A stretch of DNA of 56,722 nt from Planctomycetota bacterium (GTDB lineage Bacteria; Planctomycetota; MHYJ01; WSZJ01): positions 1 through 56,722 of the forward strand of contig JBBTCT010000010.1 in the NCBI GenBank assembly GCA_038060895.1, in the 5' to 3' direction. How positions within the stretch are numbered: position 1 is the stretch's first letter; each line of letters opens with the position of its first letter. The position numbers and the translations under genes were made by a program. Below, piece by piece: positions 46,266-54,285 of the stretch. The notes beneath the pieces are model-generated. The model was not told where the DNA came from. It was given only the letters and a program-made list of their open reading frames with translations, and searched no databases.

Positions 46266-46476
46266 GGATGCAAGGTTAGGCGGACGCGCGGAGGCCTGCG
46301 AGGAAATGCGGCCGCGGCACGAAGTCTTCGCTCAATGTCAAGCCCCTCCACGCATCCACAATCAAGTTTTGTTTTCGCGCGCTTTTTCGTCCGAAACGCC
46401 CTTGCGCCACCCAAACCGCATTGCTACTGTCCGCCGCCGTCCGAGCCCACCCGCGAATGGAGATGACGCAGCGCCC

Positions 46477-47301
46477 ATGAAACTCGACTTGCACACCCAC
46501 TCGACCCTTTCCGACGGCCGCTTCACGCCGGAGGAAATCGTGGACATGGCGTGCGCGGCGGATTTCCGGGTTCTCGCCATCACCGATCACGATTCCATCT
46601 CGTCGTTCGACCTCGCCAAGGCCGCCCTCCGCGGCCGCGAACTCGCCCTCATCCCCGGCGTCGAAATCTCGGCGTCCTGCGGCGAAGAAGAGCTCCACAT
46701 CCTCGCTTACTTCCGCTTCAACGTCCCTCCCGCCATCCGCACCTTCCTGTCCGCGGCCCTCGCGCGGCGTGAAGAGCGGGCGAAGGAGATCCTTGCGGCG
46801 TTGCGGAAGCGCGGGGTGCCGCTGGACCTGGACGACGTTCGGACGGTGGCGAAGGGCGAGTCGGTGTCGCGGGCGCACGTGGCGGAGGTGATGGTGGCAC
46901 GCGGGCACGCTTCGTCGATCATGGACGCCTTCGATCGCCACCTGCATTACCGCCACGGCATCGTTCCGCTGGCGCTGACATCGGTGGAGGAGGCGATCCG
47001 GCTGGTCGGTGAGGCGGACGGGATTGCGGTGTGGGCGCATCCTCCGGCGGAGGATCTGGAAGGGCGCCTGGGCAGGTTTGTGAAGGCGGGACTGCGCGGG
47101 ATCGAGGCGTACCGGAGACGGACGAAAGGGGTCCGGACGGCGAGGCTGATCGAGCTGGGAGACACGCACGGTCTGTTCACGACGGCGGGAAGCGACTGGC
47201 ACGGGCACGGCGGCGAGCCGCTGGGCGAAGTGCTGAGTTTTCCGCCGCACCGGTTGAGGCCATTTCTCGAAGAGTTCGGTCTCGACCACCTGGCGGCGTA
47301 A
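46477..47301 (+). CDS. PHP-domain phosphoesterase (TrpH/YciV family)
   Basis: DLHTHSTLSDG, AITDHD, GVEIS, HIL, AHP, GSDWHG. Confidence 0.92.
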   Translation: MKLDLHTHSTLSDGRFTPEEIVDMACAADFRVLAITDHDSISSFDLAKAALRGRELALIPGVEISASCGEEELHILAYFRFNVPPAIRTFLSAALARREERAKEILAALRKRGVPLDLDDVRTVAKGESVSRAHVAEVMVARGHASSIMDAFDRHLHYRHGIVPLALTSVEEAIRLVGEADGIAVWAHPPAEDLEGRLGRFVKAGLRGIEAYRRRTKGVRTARLIELGDTHGLFTTAGSDWHGHGGEPLGEVLSFPPHRLRPFLEEFGLDHLAA

Positions 47302-47358
47302 GGGCGTGCGAGGGGGCTGCTTCCGCGGAAGCGGGAGCCACAACGGGGGTTACACCGC

Positions 47359-48471
47359 ATGGATCCGAACGTCATTCTCAAGGCCGCCATCGAGCGGCAG
47401 GAAGTGTCGGCGATCGAGGCTCTCATGCTCATGCAGCAGGAGGACCCGATTTTCGCGGACATCTTCCAGGTTGCGAACGAAGTGAATCGCAGGACGAACC
47501 AGGGGATCGTGTCGTTTACGCACCGGACGCACGTTTTCTACACGAACGTGAGCCGGGCGTCGTCGAAGCACTGTTCGTACTTCCGGAAGAAGGGGGATAA
47601 GGAGGCGTTCACGCTGACGGCGGACGACGTGGTGGCGAAGATCGCGTCGAGCCCTGCGAAAGGCGATGTGGCGATCCAGGGCGCGCTGAATCCCGACCTG
47701 AGCATCGAGTACCTCGTGCGGCTCGTTTCGACAGTGCGCGAGGAATACCCGCACATCCACATCCACGCCTTCAGCCCCACGGAGATCTTCTTCGCATCGA
47801 GAAGGGCCCGGGTCCCGGCTCGCGAGATCCTCGCGCAGCTCAAGGAAGCCGGGCTGGACTCGATGCCGGGGACAGGCGCCGACATCCTGAACGACAAGGT
47901 CCGCAAGAAAATCAGTCCCGACCGGATCCGGACCGCGGACTGGGTAGACGTCGTGAAGACCGCGCACCACATGGGGATCAAGACGACGGCGACGATCGTC
48001 GTCGGGCACGTCGAAAACGAGATCCACATCTGCGAGCACATTGAGATTCTCCGCAACATCCAGAAGGAAACGGGCGGATTCGTCGAGTTCCAGATCATCC
48101 CGCACGTTCCCGAGCCGGCCCCGGGCGCCGAAGTCCGTCCGCGGATGTCGCAGCAGCACCTGATGAAACTGGTCGCCGTCTGCCGCGTGTTCTTCGGCCA
48201 GATCATCCCGAACATCCAGTCGCCGTGGGCCTTGTTCGGAATGCCTGAGGCCGTGCAGACGCTGTCCGTCGGCGCCAACGATCTCGGAGGGACGCACTTC
48301 CAGCAGGGCGCGTACTACCAGGCCTCATCGGGCCCGAAGTACACGGCCCCGGAAATCCTGGAGAAGGCGATCCTCAAGGCGCAGCGCCGGCCGAAGCTGC
48401 GCGACTCGGTTTACCAGGACGGGTCGAGGAAGGCGCAGAAGACGAGGCGGTTGGCAATGGCGGCGCGGTAA
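47359..48471 (+). CDS. CofH/MqnC/MqnE-family radical SAM homologue with a degenerate Fe-S motif
   Basis: IHIHAFSPTEI, LKEAGLDSMPGTGADIL, TAHHMGIKTTAT, GHVE, Q.ETGGF, NIQSPW, GANDLGGT; TNVSRASSKHC in place of TNxCxxxCxxC. Confidence 0.85.
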   Translation: MDPNVILKAAIERQEVSAIEALMLMQQEDPIFADIFQVANEVNRRTNQGIVSFTHRTHVFYTNVSRASSKHCSYFRKKGDKEAFTLTADDVVAKIASSPAKGDVAIQGALNPDLSIEYLVRLVSTVREEYPHIHIHAFSPTEIFFASRRARVPAREILAQLKEAGLDSMPGTGADILNDKVRKKISPDRIRTADWVDVVKTAHHMGIKTTATIVVGHVENEIHICEHIEILRNIQKETGGFVEFQIIPHVPEPAPGAEVRPRMSQQHLMKLVAVCRVFFGQIIPNIQSPWALFGMPEAVQTLSVGANDLGGTHFQQGAYYQASSGPKYTAPEILEKAILKAQRRPKLRDSVYQDGSRKAQKTRRLAMAAR

Positions 48472-48545
48472 GGCAGTTTGGAGTTGTGAGGATTGAGTAT
48501 TGAGCAGGCAGGAGTTCGTAGTGGGTCGTGAGTGGAGACAAATCA

Positions 48546-48576
48546 ACGGCCTCCGAGAAATCGGAGGCCGTTTTCA
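48546..48576 (+). terminator. Intrinsic terminator, probably bidirectional
   Basis: AACGGCCTCCGA-GAAA-TCGGAGGCCGTT followed by TTC, between convergent genes. Confidence 0.75.
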
Positions 48577-48600
48577 TTGGCCTGCTTTCGAGATTCGCCG

Positions 48601-49494
48601 CTACTTCGCCATCGCTTCGCCCACGCCCGCTGTCAGCGCGACCTCGGGTTTCCAGCCGAGCGTGTGCCGGATCTTCATCGTCTCCGCGAAAAGGTGACGA
48701 GGCTCTCCGCGCCGGTGCTCCGCGCTCGGCTTGATCTCGATCGCCTCCCCACGGGCCATCACCATCGCCGCCGCGATCGTCGACAGCCGCGAGGCTTTGC
48801 CCGATCCCACATTGAAGATCTGTCCCGGCGCCCGCGGGTGGGTCAGCGCCAGCACGACCGCTTTCGCGGCGTCCCGGACATGGATGAAATCGCGCGTCAG
48901 AAGCCCGTCCTCCGCCAGTTCCGGCGCCTTCTTCGCCCGGATCGCCGCAGCCATCGCGTGCATCGCGCCCTTCTGCACCCGCGGGCCGTAGACCTCGAAC
49001 ATGCGAAGCGACGCGACACCAAGCCCGGAGGCCCGGCCCCAGGCGAACAGCAGGTCCTCGCGCGAGAGCCGGAGCGCCGACAGCGGCGTCGCCGGCTGCA
49101 CGCGCTCCTCTTCGCGAATCCCCGCCGGCGTCAGCGGGCCTTCGCACCGCGGGCAGCGAGGCTCCCACGGCGCCATCACGTCATTCGGCCGGTTCTCCGG
49201 GCGGACGTGCCCGCACGCCGTGCACTCCGCCGGGCCCTCCCCGTAGACGTCCGCTCCCGTGGCAACCACGACTCGCTTCACGGAAGCCGGCATCGCATCG
49301 AGAAGCGCCGCCGTCCGGCCGACCAGCGACTCCGCGGTCGAGACAAGCTTGTCGCCGCTGGCGTCGTCGAGAAGCGCCATCGCGTCGGCGCGCGACTCCG
49401 CCGTGGCGATGTCGTGACCCGCCGCGCGCAGGGCCGCCGAGACCTCTTCCCCGAGAGAAGAGTCGGCCGCGGTCAGGAAAACGCGCAGGGGCAT
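48601..49494 (-). CDS. NAD-dependent epimerase/dehydratase-like protein with a zinc-ribbon insert; catalytic motifs degenerate
   Basis: C-terminal part of the listed 575-aa ORF; VYGEG, LRMFEVYGP, EDG..TRDFIHVRD, FNVGSG, LGWKP; CTACG and CPRC. Confidence 0.8.
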   Translation of the reverse strand: MPLRVFLTAADSSLGEEVSAALRAAGHDIATAESRADAMALLDDASGDKLVSTAESLVGRTAALLDAMPASVKRVVVATGADVYGEGPAECTACGHVRPENRPNDVMAPWEPRCPRCEGPLTPAGIREEERVQPATPLSALRLSREDLLFAWGRASGLGVASLRMFEVYGPRVQKGAMHAMAAAIRAKKAPELAEDGLLTRDFIHVRDAAKAVVLALTHPRAPGQIFNVGSGKASRLSTIAAAMVMARGEAIEIKPSAEHRRGEPRHLFAETMKIRHTLGWKPEVALTAGVGEAMAK

Positions 49495-49505
49495 GGGCGG
49501 AAAGG

Positions 49506-50522
49506 CTACTCGGCCGCGAGCAGCTTCTCGACCCGCTTCGGCACGTCGGGAACGGAAGCGATCAGGTCTTTCACGATCGCGTCGCTCGACACCCCTTCGG
49601 CTTCTCCTTCGAAATTCCGGATCAGCCGGTGCCGGAGCGCCGGGTAGGCCGCTTCCTTGATGTCCTCGACGCTTACGTTGAATCGTCCCTTCATCAGCGC
49701 CATCAGCTTTCCGGCGAGCACCAGCGACTGCGCGCCGCGCGGACTCGCGCCGAACCGCAGGAATTTCTTCGCCACCGGCGCCGCGTCCGCTTCCTCCGGA
49801 TGGCTCGCCAGCACCAGCCGCGCCGCGAATTCCTTCACGTGCGACGCGATCGGCACTTCGCGCGCCAGCGCCCGCATCGTCAGGATGTCCTGCCCGCTCG
49901 TCACGGCCTGCGGCTCCGGCGTCGCCGCGCCGGTCGTGCGGTCGATCACGGTCACGAGGTCCGCGAGCGAACTGGAGCGGACTTCGATCTTGAACATGAA
50001 GCGGTCGAGCTGCGCCTCGGGAAGCGGATACGTTCCTTCCATCTCGATCGGGTTCTGCGTCGCGAGCACGAAAAACGGATGCCCCAGCTCGTACCGCTTC
50101 CCCGCCACCGTCACGCAGGCTTCCTGCATGGCTTCGAGCAGCGCGCTCTGTGTCTTGGGCGTCGCGCGATTGACTTCGTCCGCCAGCACCAGATTCCCGA
50201 AGATCGGCCCCTGCTGGAACTGGAACGACCGCCGCCCGCCCTCCTCGACGACGATGTTCGTCCCGAGAATGTCCGCCGGCATCAGGTCCGGCGTGAACTG
50301 GATGCGCGAGAACTTGAGCGAAAGGCATTTCGCGAGAGTCCGGACGAGCAGGGTCTTGCCCAATCCGGGGACGCCTTCGAGCAGCGCATGCCCGCCCGCG
50401 AGCAGGCAGATGATGACCTGGTCGACGACCGCCTTATGCCCGACGACGACCTTCCCGACTTCGTTTCGAAGGGCGTCGACTTTCTGCCTGAATTCCTGCG
50501 CGCGCTGTTCGAGGTCGGCCAC
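49506..50522 (-). CDS. MoxR family AAA+ ATPase
   Basis: LEGVPGLGKT, RIQFTPDLMPADI, ADEVNRATPKTQSALLEAM, ATQNPIE, LPEAQLDRF. Confidence 0.95.
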   Translation of the reverse strand: MADLEQRAQEFRQKVDALRNEVGKVVVGHKAVVDQVIICLLAGGHALLEGVPGLGKTLLVRTLAKCLSLKFSRIQFTPDLMPADILGTNIVVEEGGRRSFQFQQGPIFGNLVLADEVNRATPKTQSALLEAMQEACVTVAGKRYELGHPFFVLATQNPIEMEGTYPLPEAQLDRFMFKIEVRSSSLADLVTVIDRTTGAATPEPQAVTSGQDILTMRALAREVPIASHVKEFAARLVLASHPEEADAAPVAKKFLRFGASPRGAQSLVLAGKLMALMKGRFNVSVEDIKEAAYPALRHRLIRNFEGEAEGVSSDAIVKDLIASVPDVPKRVEKLLAAE

Positions 50523-50606
50523 CGGGGCCTCCGGAATGGGTGAAGGGGCGTACAGATTACCACGGGCTCCTGTACGCCTGTCAAAACGGCTCCTTCGCCC
50601 AGGAGT

Positions 50607-51338
50607 TCAGGTGATTGGGGGAAGTGATTCCCTGGCGGCAAGCCACTCCGCCGGGATCCCGGCCCGGCCGACGGCAGCGCCGACAATTCCGCCCACGATG
50701 GCGCAGGTCGTATCGACGTCCCCCATTCCGGTGGCGGTCTCCCAGAGCGCGTCCTCGAAATCGTCGATCCGTCGAGAGGCATTCCAGAGGGCGAACGGCA
50801 CGGTGTCAGGAGCCGTGATGCTCATGCCATTCCCGAGAGCGTTGACGGCTGTTGGCACGGAAATGTCCGGCCCGAGATTGCGAGCACGCTCGATGCCCAC
50901 TCGAACCTGGCTTCCAGGAGTCAGGTCGATTGCGACATCCAGCATCGCGGCGCCGTTTCCAAGAGAACCTGAGCCCGAGAAAGCCCCTTTGGAGGCCGCC
51001 TGCCACCGCATCCCGATTTCAATCTGGCGAAGGATCTGCCGGGCTCCGGCTCCGTACCCTCGCATGGGGTCCCGGGAATGATTGCGGGCGAATGTCGCAG
51101 CCAGTTCGTCCTGGTCGATGCTCCCGCACTTCGCCAGCGTTTCCACGATTCCGATCGCCATGGCGGTGTCGTCCGTCCAGAACCAGGGCGGCGGCGCAGG
51201 ACGCCGCTCAGCGAAACGTTTCACGATCGCGCCGGCGGGCGAGAAGAAGGTCTCGCCAAAAGCGTCTCCAACGGAGAGCCCGTCCAGCGAGGCAAGCGCG
51301 AGGTCCAGCTTCGGGTTTGAAACCCGGTCCGTTTTCAT
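50607..51338 (-). CDS. ADP-ribosylglycohydrolase family protein, apparently internally deleted
   Basis: GDAFG, WTDDT, RGYG, GNGAAM, GDVDTTCAIVG; the central segment appears to be missing. Confidence 0.78.
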   Translation of the reverse strand: MKTDRVSNPKLDLALASLDGLSVGDAFGETFFSPAGAIVKRFAERRPAPPPWFWTDDTAMAIGIVETLAKCGSIDQDELAATFARNHSRDPMRGYGAGARQILRQIEIGMRWQAASKGAFSGSGSLGNGAAMLDVAIDLTPGSQVRVGIERARNLGPDISVPTAVNALGNGMSITAPDTVPFALWNASRRIDDFEDALWETATGMGDVDTTCAIVGGIVGAAVGRAGIPAEWLAARESLPPIT

Positions 51339-51415
51339 TCTGCTTGATCGCGGGCGGCCAGATACGGTTCGCTAGAACTCGCCCGCACGCCCGCGAGCCT
51401 GCTTGCCCGCTGCAT

Positions 51416-53101
51416 TTAGAACTGCTTTCTCTGCCGCGAGCTCGCGATCTTCAACGCTTTGCGATACTTCGTCACGGTCCTTCGCGCGATATCCAGCCCC
51501 TCCGCCTTGAGCTTGTCCACGATGTCGCCGTCACTGAGCGGGTTCGCGTGATCCTCGACTTCGACCAGCTCGCGGATGCGGCTCTGGACGCTCACGCGGG
51601 ACTGGGATTCGCCTTCGGTGGATTCGGTCGCGCCGCTGAAGAAGAACTTCATCGGGAAGATGCCGCGGGGAGTCTGGATGTATTTGTCGCTGATGGCGCG
51701 GCTGACCGTGGAGACGTGAAGGTGGAGCGCGTCGGCGATCTCCTGCATCCGCAGCGGGTGCAGATGGTTCACGCCCTGGTCGAGGAACTCCTTCTGCACT
51801 TTCACGAGCTCGTTGGCGATCCGGTACAGCGTCGCCTGCCGCTGCTCGATCGAGCTGATCAGCCGCTTCGCGCTTTCGATCTTGTTGCGGACCCATTCCT
51901 TCTCGGCGCCACTCGTCTCCGCCTTCGCGAGCAGATCACGGTAGTAGGTCGAGACGCGGAGGCGCGGGATGTAGCCGTCCTCCATCTTGACCTCGTAGCT
52001 CCCCTCCAGCTCGTCCACGATCACGTCCGGCCGCACGTACGGCACCGACTCGCTCGAGTAGCTCGAGCCCGGGCGCGGGTTCATCGCCTTGATCTGGCCG
52101 ACGATCTCCTTGATGTCCTCCATGTCGCGCTGCGTTTCCTTCGCGATCTTCGGCAGCTTGTTCTGCGAAATGTCCTCGAGGTACTTGTCGATCAGCAGCC
52201 GCTTCATCTCGTACTCGTCGTCCTCGCGGTCGAGCTGCAGCAGCAGGCACTCCTTCGTGCTCCGCGCGCCCACCCCGCGGGGCTCGAGCTGCTGGATGCG
52301 GCCCAGCGCAGCGTACATGTCCTTCGACACCGCAAGGTGCGGCGCCAGGATCTCTTCGAGCGGCGCCTTCAGGTTCAGCTTGTCGTCCATTCCGTTGAGA
52401 AGCGTCAGCTTCAGCTCGCGGTCCAGGTCGTCCTCCGCCAGATGGCGAAGGACCTGCTTGCGCACCGTCTTGCCCGCGTAATCCGCAGGGTCCAGCTCCC
52501 GCACACTGTCGATGAACTCCTGCGCCATGGCGCGCAGTTCCCGGTTCACCCCCTCGAGCAACCCCTCCTCTACCACCTTCCCCATCGAGTCCGTCAGCGA
52601 GTCGAACGGCTGGCTCACGTAACCGCTGTCCTCGATGTTGTAGATCATGTACGTCCCGATCCGCCGCAATTTCTCCGGCAGGTCCTGCGTCGCCCACTGC
52701 TCGAACAGCTTCTCCTGCAGGCTCGACCCGCGCGCCGGCGTGTTCATCAGCGCTTCCATCTTCTTGTCCGCGCCCGCGTCAAACATCGAACTCCGCGGCC
52801 GCGAATCCCAGTCGTCCTCCCGCTGCCGCTCCAGCGCCTCCAGCACCTCCTGCGTCTTGTCCTTCGGCGCCTCCGGGTCCTCCCCAGAGCCCAGCCCCGA
52901 CGTCTGCTCAATCCCCTTCGCTTCTTCGTGCTCGACCGGCTCGTCGTCCTCTTCCAGAGTCGGGTTCTCGGACATTTCGAGCTTGATCGTTTCCTGAAGT
53001 TCGAGAAGCGGCAGTTGCAGGATTTCGATGGACTGGATGATCTGCGGAGCCAGCTTCATCCGCTGTTCCATCCGCTGTCCCAGGGACGCTCTCATTTCCA
53101 T
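51416..53101 (-). CDS. rpoN: RNA polymerase sigma-54 factor
   Basis: Gln-rich region I (QIIQSIEILQL), GVGARSTKECLLLQL, HVSTVSRAI, RpoN box ARRTVTKYR. Confidence 0.96.
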   Translation of the reverse strand: MEMRASLGQRMEQRMKLAPQIIQSIEILQLPLLELQETIKLEMSENPTLEEDDEPVEHEEAKGIEQTSGLGSGEDPEAPKDKTQEVLEALERQREDDWDSRPRSSMFDAGADKKMEALMNTPARGSSLQEKLFEQWATQDLPEKLRRIGTYMIYNIEDSGYVSQPFDSLTDSMGKVVEEGLLEGVNRELRAMAQEFIDSVRELDPADYAGKTVRKQVLRHLAEDDLDRELKLTLLNGMDDKLNLKAPLEEILAPHLAVSKDMYAALGRIQQLEPRGVGARSTKECLLLQLDREDDEYEMKRLLIDKYLEDISQNKLPKIAKETQRDMEDIKEIVGQIKAMNPRPGSSYSSESVPYVRPDVIVDELEGSYEVKMEDGYIPRLRVSTYYRDLLAKAETSGAEKEWVRNKIESAKRLISSIEQRQATLYRIANELVKVQKEFLDQGVNHLHPLRMQEIADALHLHVSTVSRAISDKYIQTPRGIFPMKFFFSGATESTEGESQSRVSVQSRIRELVEVEDHANPLSDGDIVDKLKAEGLDIARRTVTKYRKALKIASSRQRKQF

Positions 53102-53104
53102 GGG

Positions 53105-53725
53105 TTACGCTCCGCCCTTTGCCAGCGCCCGCCGGCCGCCGATGGCGTCGGCGACGACGGCGCGCGAGGCGTGCTGAAGAGTTCCGCCGCTGGGGAGGCC
53201 GCGGGCGATGCGCGAGACGGCGACGCCGCGGGATTCGAGTTTCTGCTGGATGTGAAGCGCCGTTCCGTCGCCTTCGAGGGTCGGATTGGTGGCGAGGATG
53301 ACTTCGCGGACGCCGTCCTTCGCAACGCGGTCGAGCAGGCGGCCGACAGTGAGGTGTTCGGGGCCGACGCCCTCGACCGGGGCGATGCGTCCCGTGAGCA
53401 CGTGATACAGCCCGCGATACGCGCCCGACTTTTCGATTGCCCAGAGGTCGCTGGGCTGTTCGACGACGCACACCGTCGCGCGGTCCCGCGCTGCGTCGGC
53501 GCAGATCGCGCACGGATCCTGCTCGCTCACGTTGAAGCACTTCGAGCACGCCTTCACGTTCGCCCGCACGTCCTCGATGGCCCGGGCCAGCGCCAGGGCC
53601 TCTTCCCGGGGTATCCGCACCAGGTGAAGGGCGAGGCGTTCCGCCGACTTGTCACCGATCCCGGGGAGCCTGGAAAGCTCCGCGATAAGGCGGGAAAGGC
53701 TTGCGGACTGAAGGGTTGCGTTCAC
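53105..53725 (-). CDS. recR: Recombination mediator RecR
   Basis: LPGIGDKSAERLA, CSKC...CAIC, VVEQPSD, EVILATNPTLEG, RIARGLP. Confidence 0.96.
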   Translation of the reverse strand: MNATLQSASLSRLIAELSRLPGIGDKSAERLALHLVRIPREEALALARAIEDVRANVKACSKCFNVSEQDPCAICADAARDRATVCVVEQPSDLWAIEKSGAYRGLYHVLTGRIAPVEGVGPEHLTVGRLLDRVAKDGVREVILATNPTLEGDGTALHIQQKLESRGVAVSRIARGLPSGGTLQHASRAVVADAIGGRRALAKGGA

Positions 53726-53736
53726 GAGAGGACATT

Positions 53737-54069
53737 CTACCCGAGAAGGCCGGGAATTTGCATGGGACCGGTGATCTTCTGCATTTCCGTCTCGTACATT
53801 TTTTGCGCTTTCTCCATCGCCTGGTTGACGGCGGCGATGACGAGGTCCTCCAGCATCGCGACGTCGGCGGGGTCCACGACCTTGGCGTCGATCTTGATGC
53901 CGACGACCTGGCGCGCGCCGTTCGCGTGGGCCACGACCAGGCCGCCCCCCGCGTTTCCCTCGACGACGCGCTCCTTGAGATCCTCCTGCGCCTTCGCCAT
54001 TGACCGCTGCATGTCCTGGGCTTTCTTCATCAACCCCTGGACGTCGAATCCGCCGCCGCCGCCTTTCAT
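53737..54069 (-). CDS. ybaB: YbaB/EbfC nucleoid-associated protein
   Basis: MKKAQDMQ...AGGGLV...MLEDLVIAAVNQA; dnaX-ybaB-recR synteny. Confidence 0.95.
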   Translation of the reverse strand: MKGGGGGFDVQGLMKKAQDMQRSMAKAQEDLKERVVEGNAGGGLVVAHANGARQVVGIKIDAKVVDPADVAMLEDLVIAAVNQAMEKAQKMYETEMQKITGPMQIPGLLG

Positions 54070-54162
54070 GGGTGCTCTCCGTTTGGTTGTCGTGAAGGAG
54101 CGGTATCAAACCACAGGCGCGAGTTGGACGGAAATATCAGATGACCGGGGAGGTTGAGGTCT

Positions 54163-54270
54163 GATCCGCGGCTGTTTCCGCGAGATTCGCCTTTATCCGC
54201 GTATTCCTTTTCTCAAAGGATGAAAGTGCATACGCGGATGAAAGCCGATGCCGCGGAAACGACCGCGGAT
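54163..54270. repeat. Imperfect intergenic palindrome built from ATCCGCG/CGCGGAT units
   Basis: Nested pairs ATCCGCGG/CCGCGGAT, TTTCCGCG/CGCGGAAA and ATCCGCGTAT/ATACGCGGAT. Confidence 0.7.
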
Positions 54271-54285
54271 AAATCCCGCCCTGCA

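Noticed and set aside
48601-50328. 575-aa ORF as a MoxR-epimerase fusion or frameshift
   Set aside because: The extension is an off-frame overlap of the intact moxR gene; a separate start at 49494 is more plausible.
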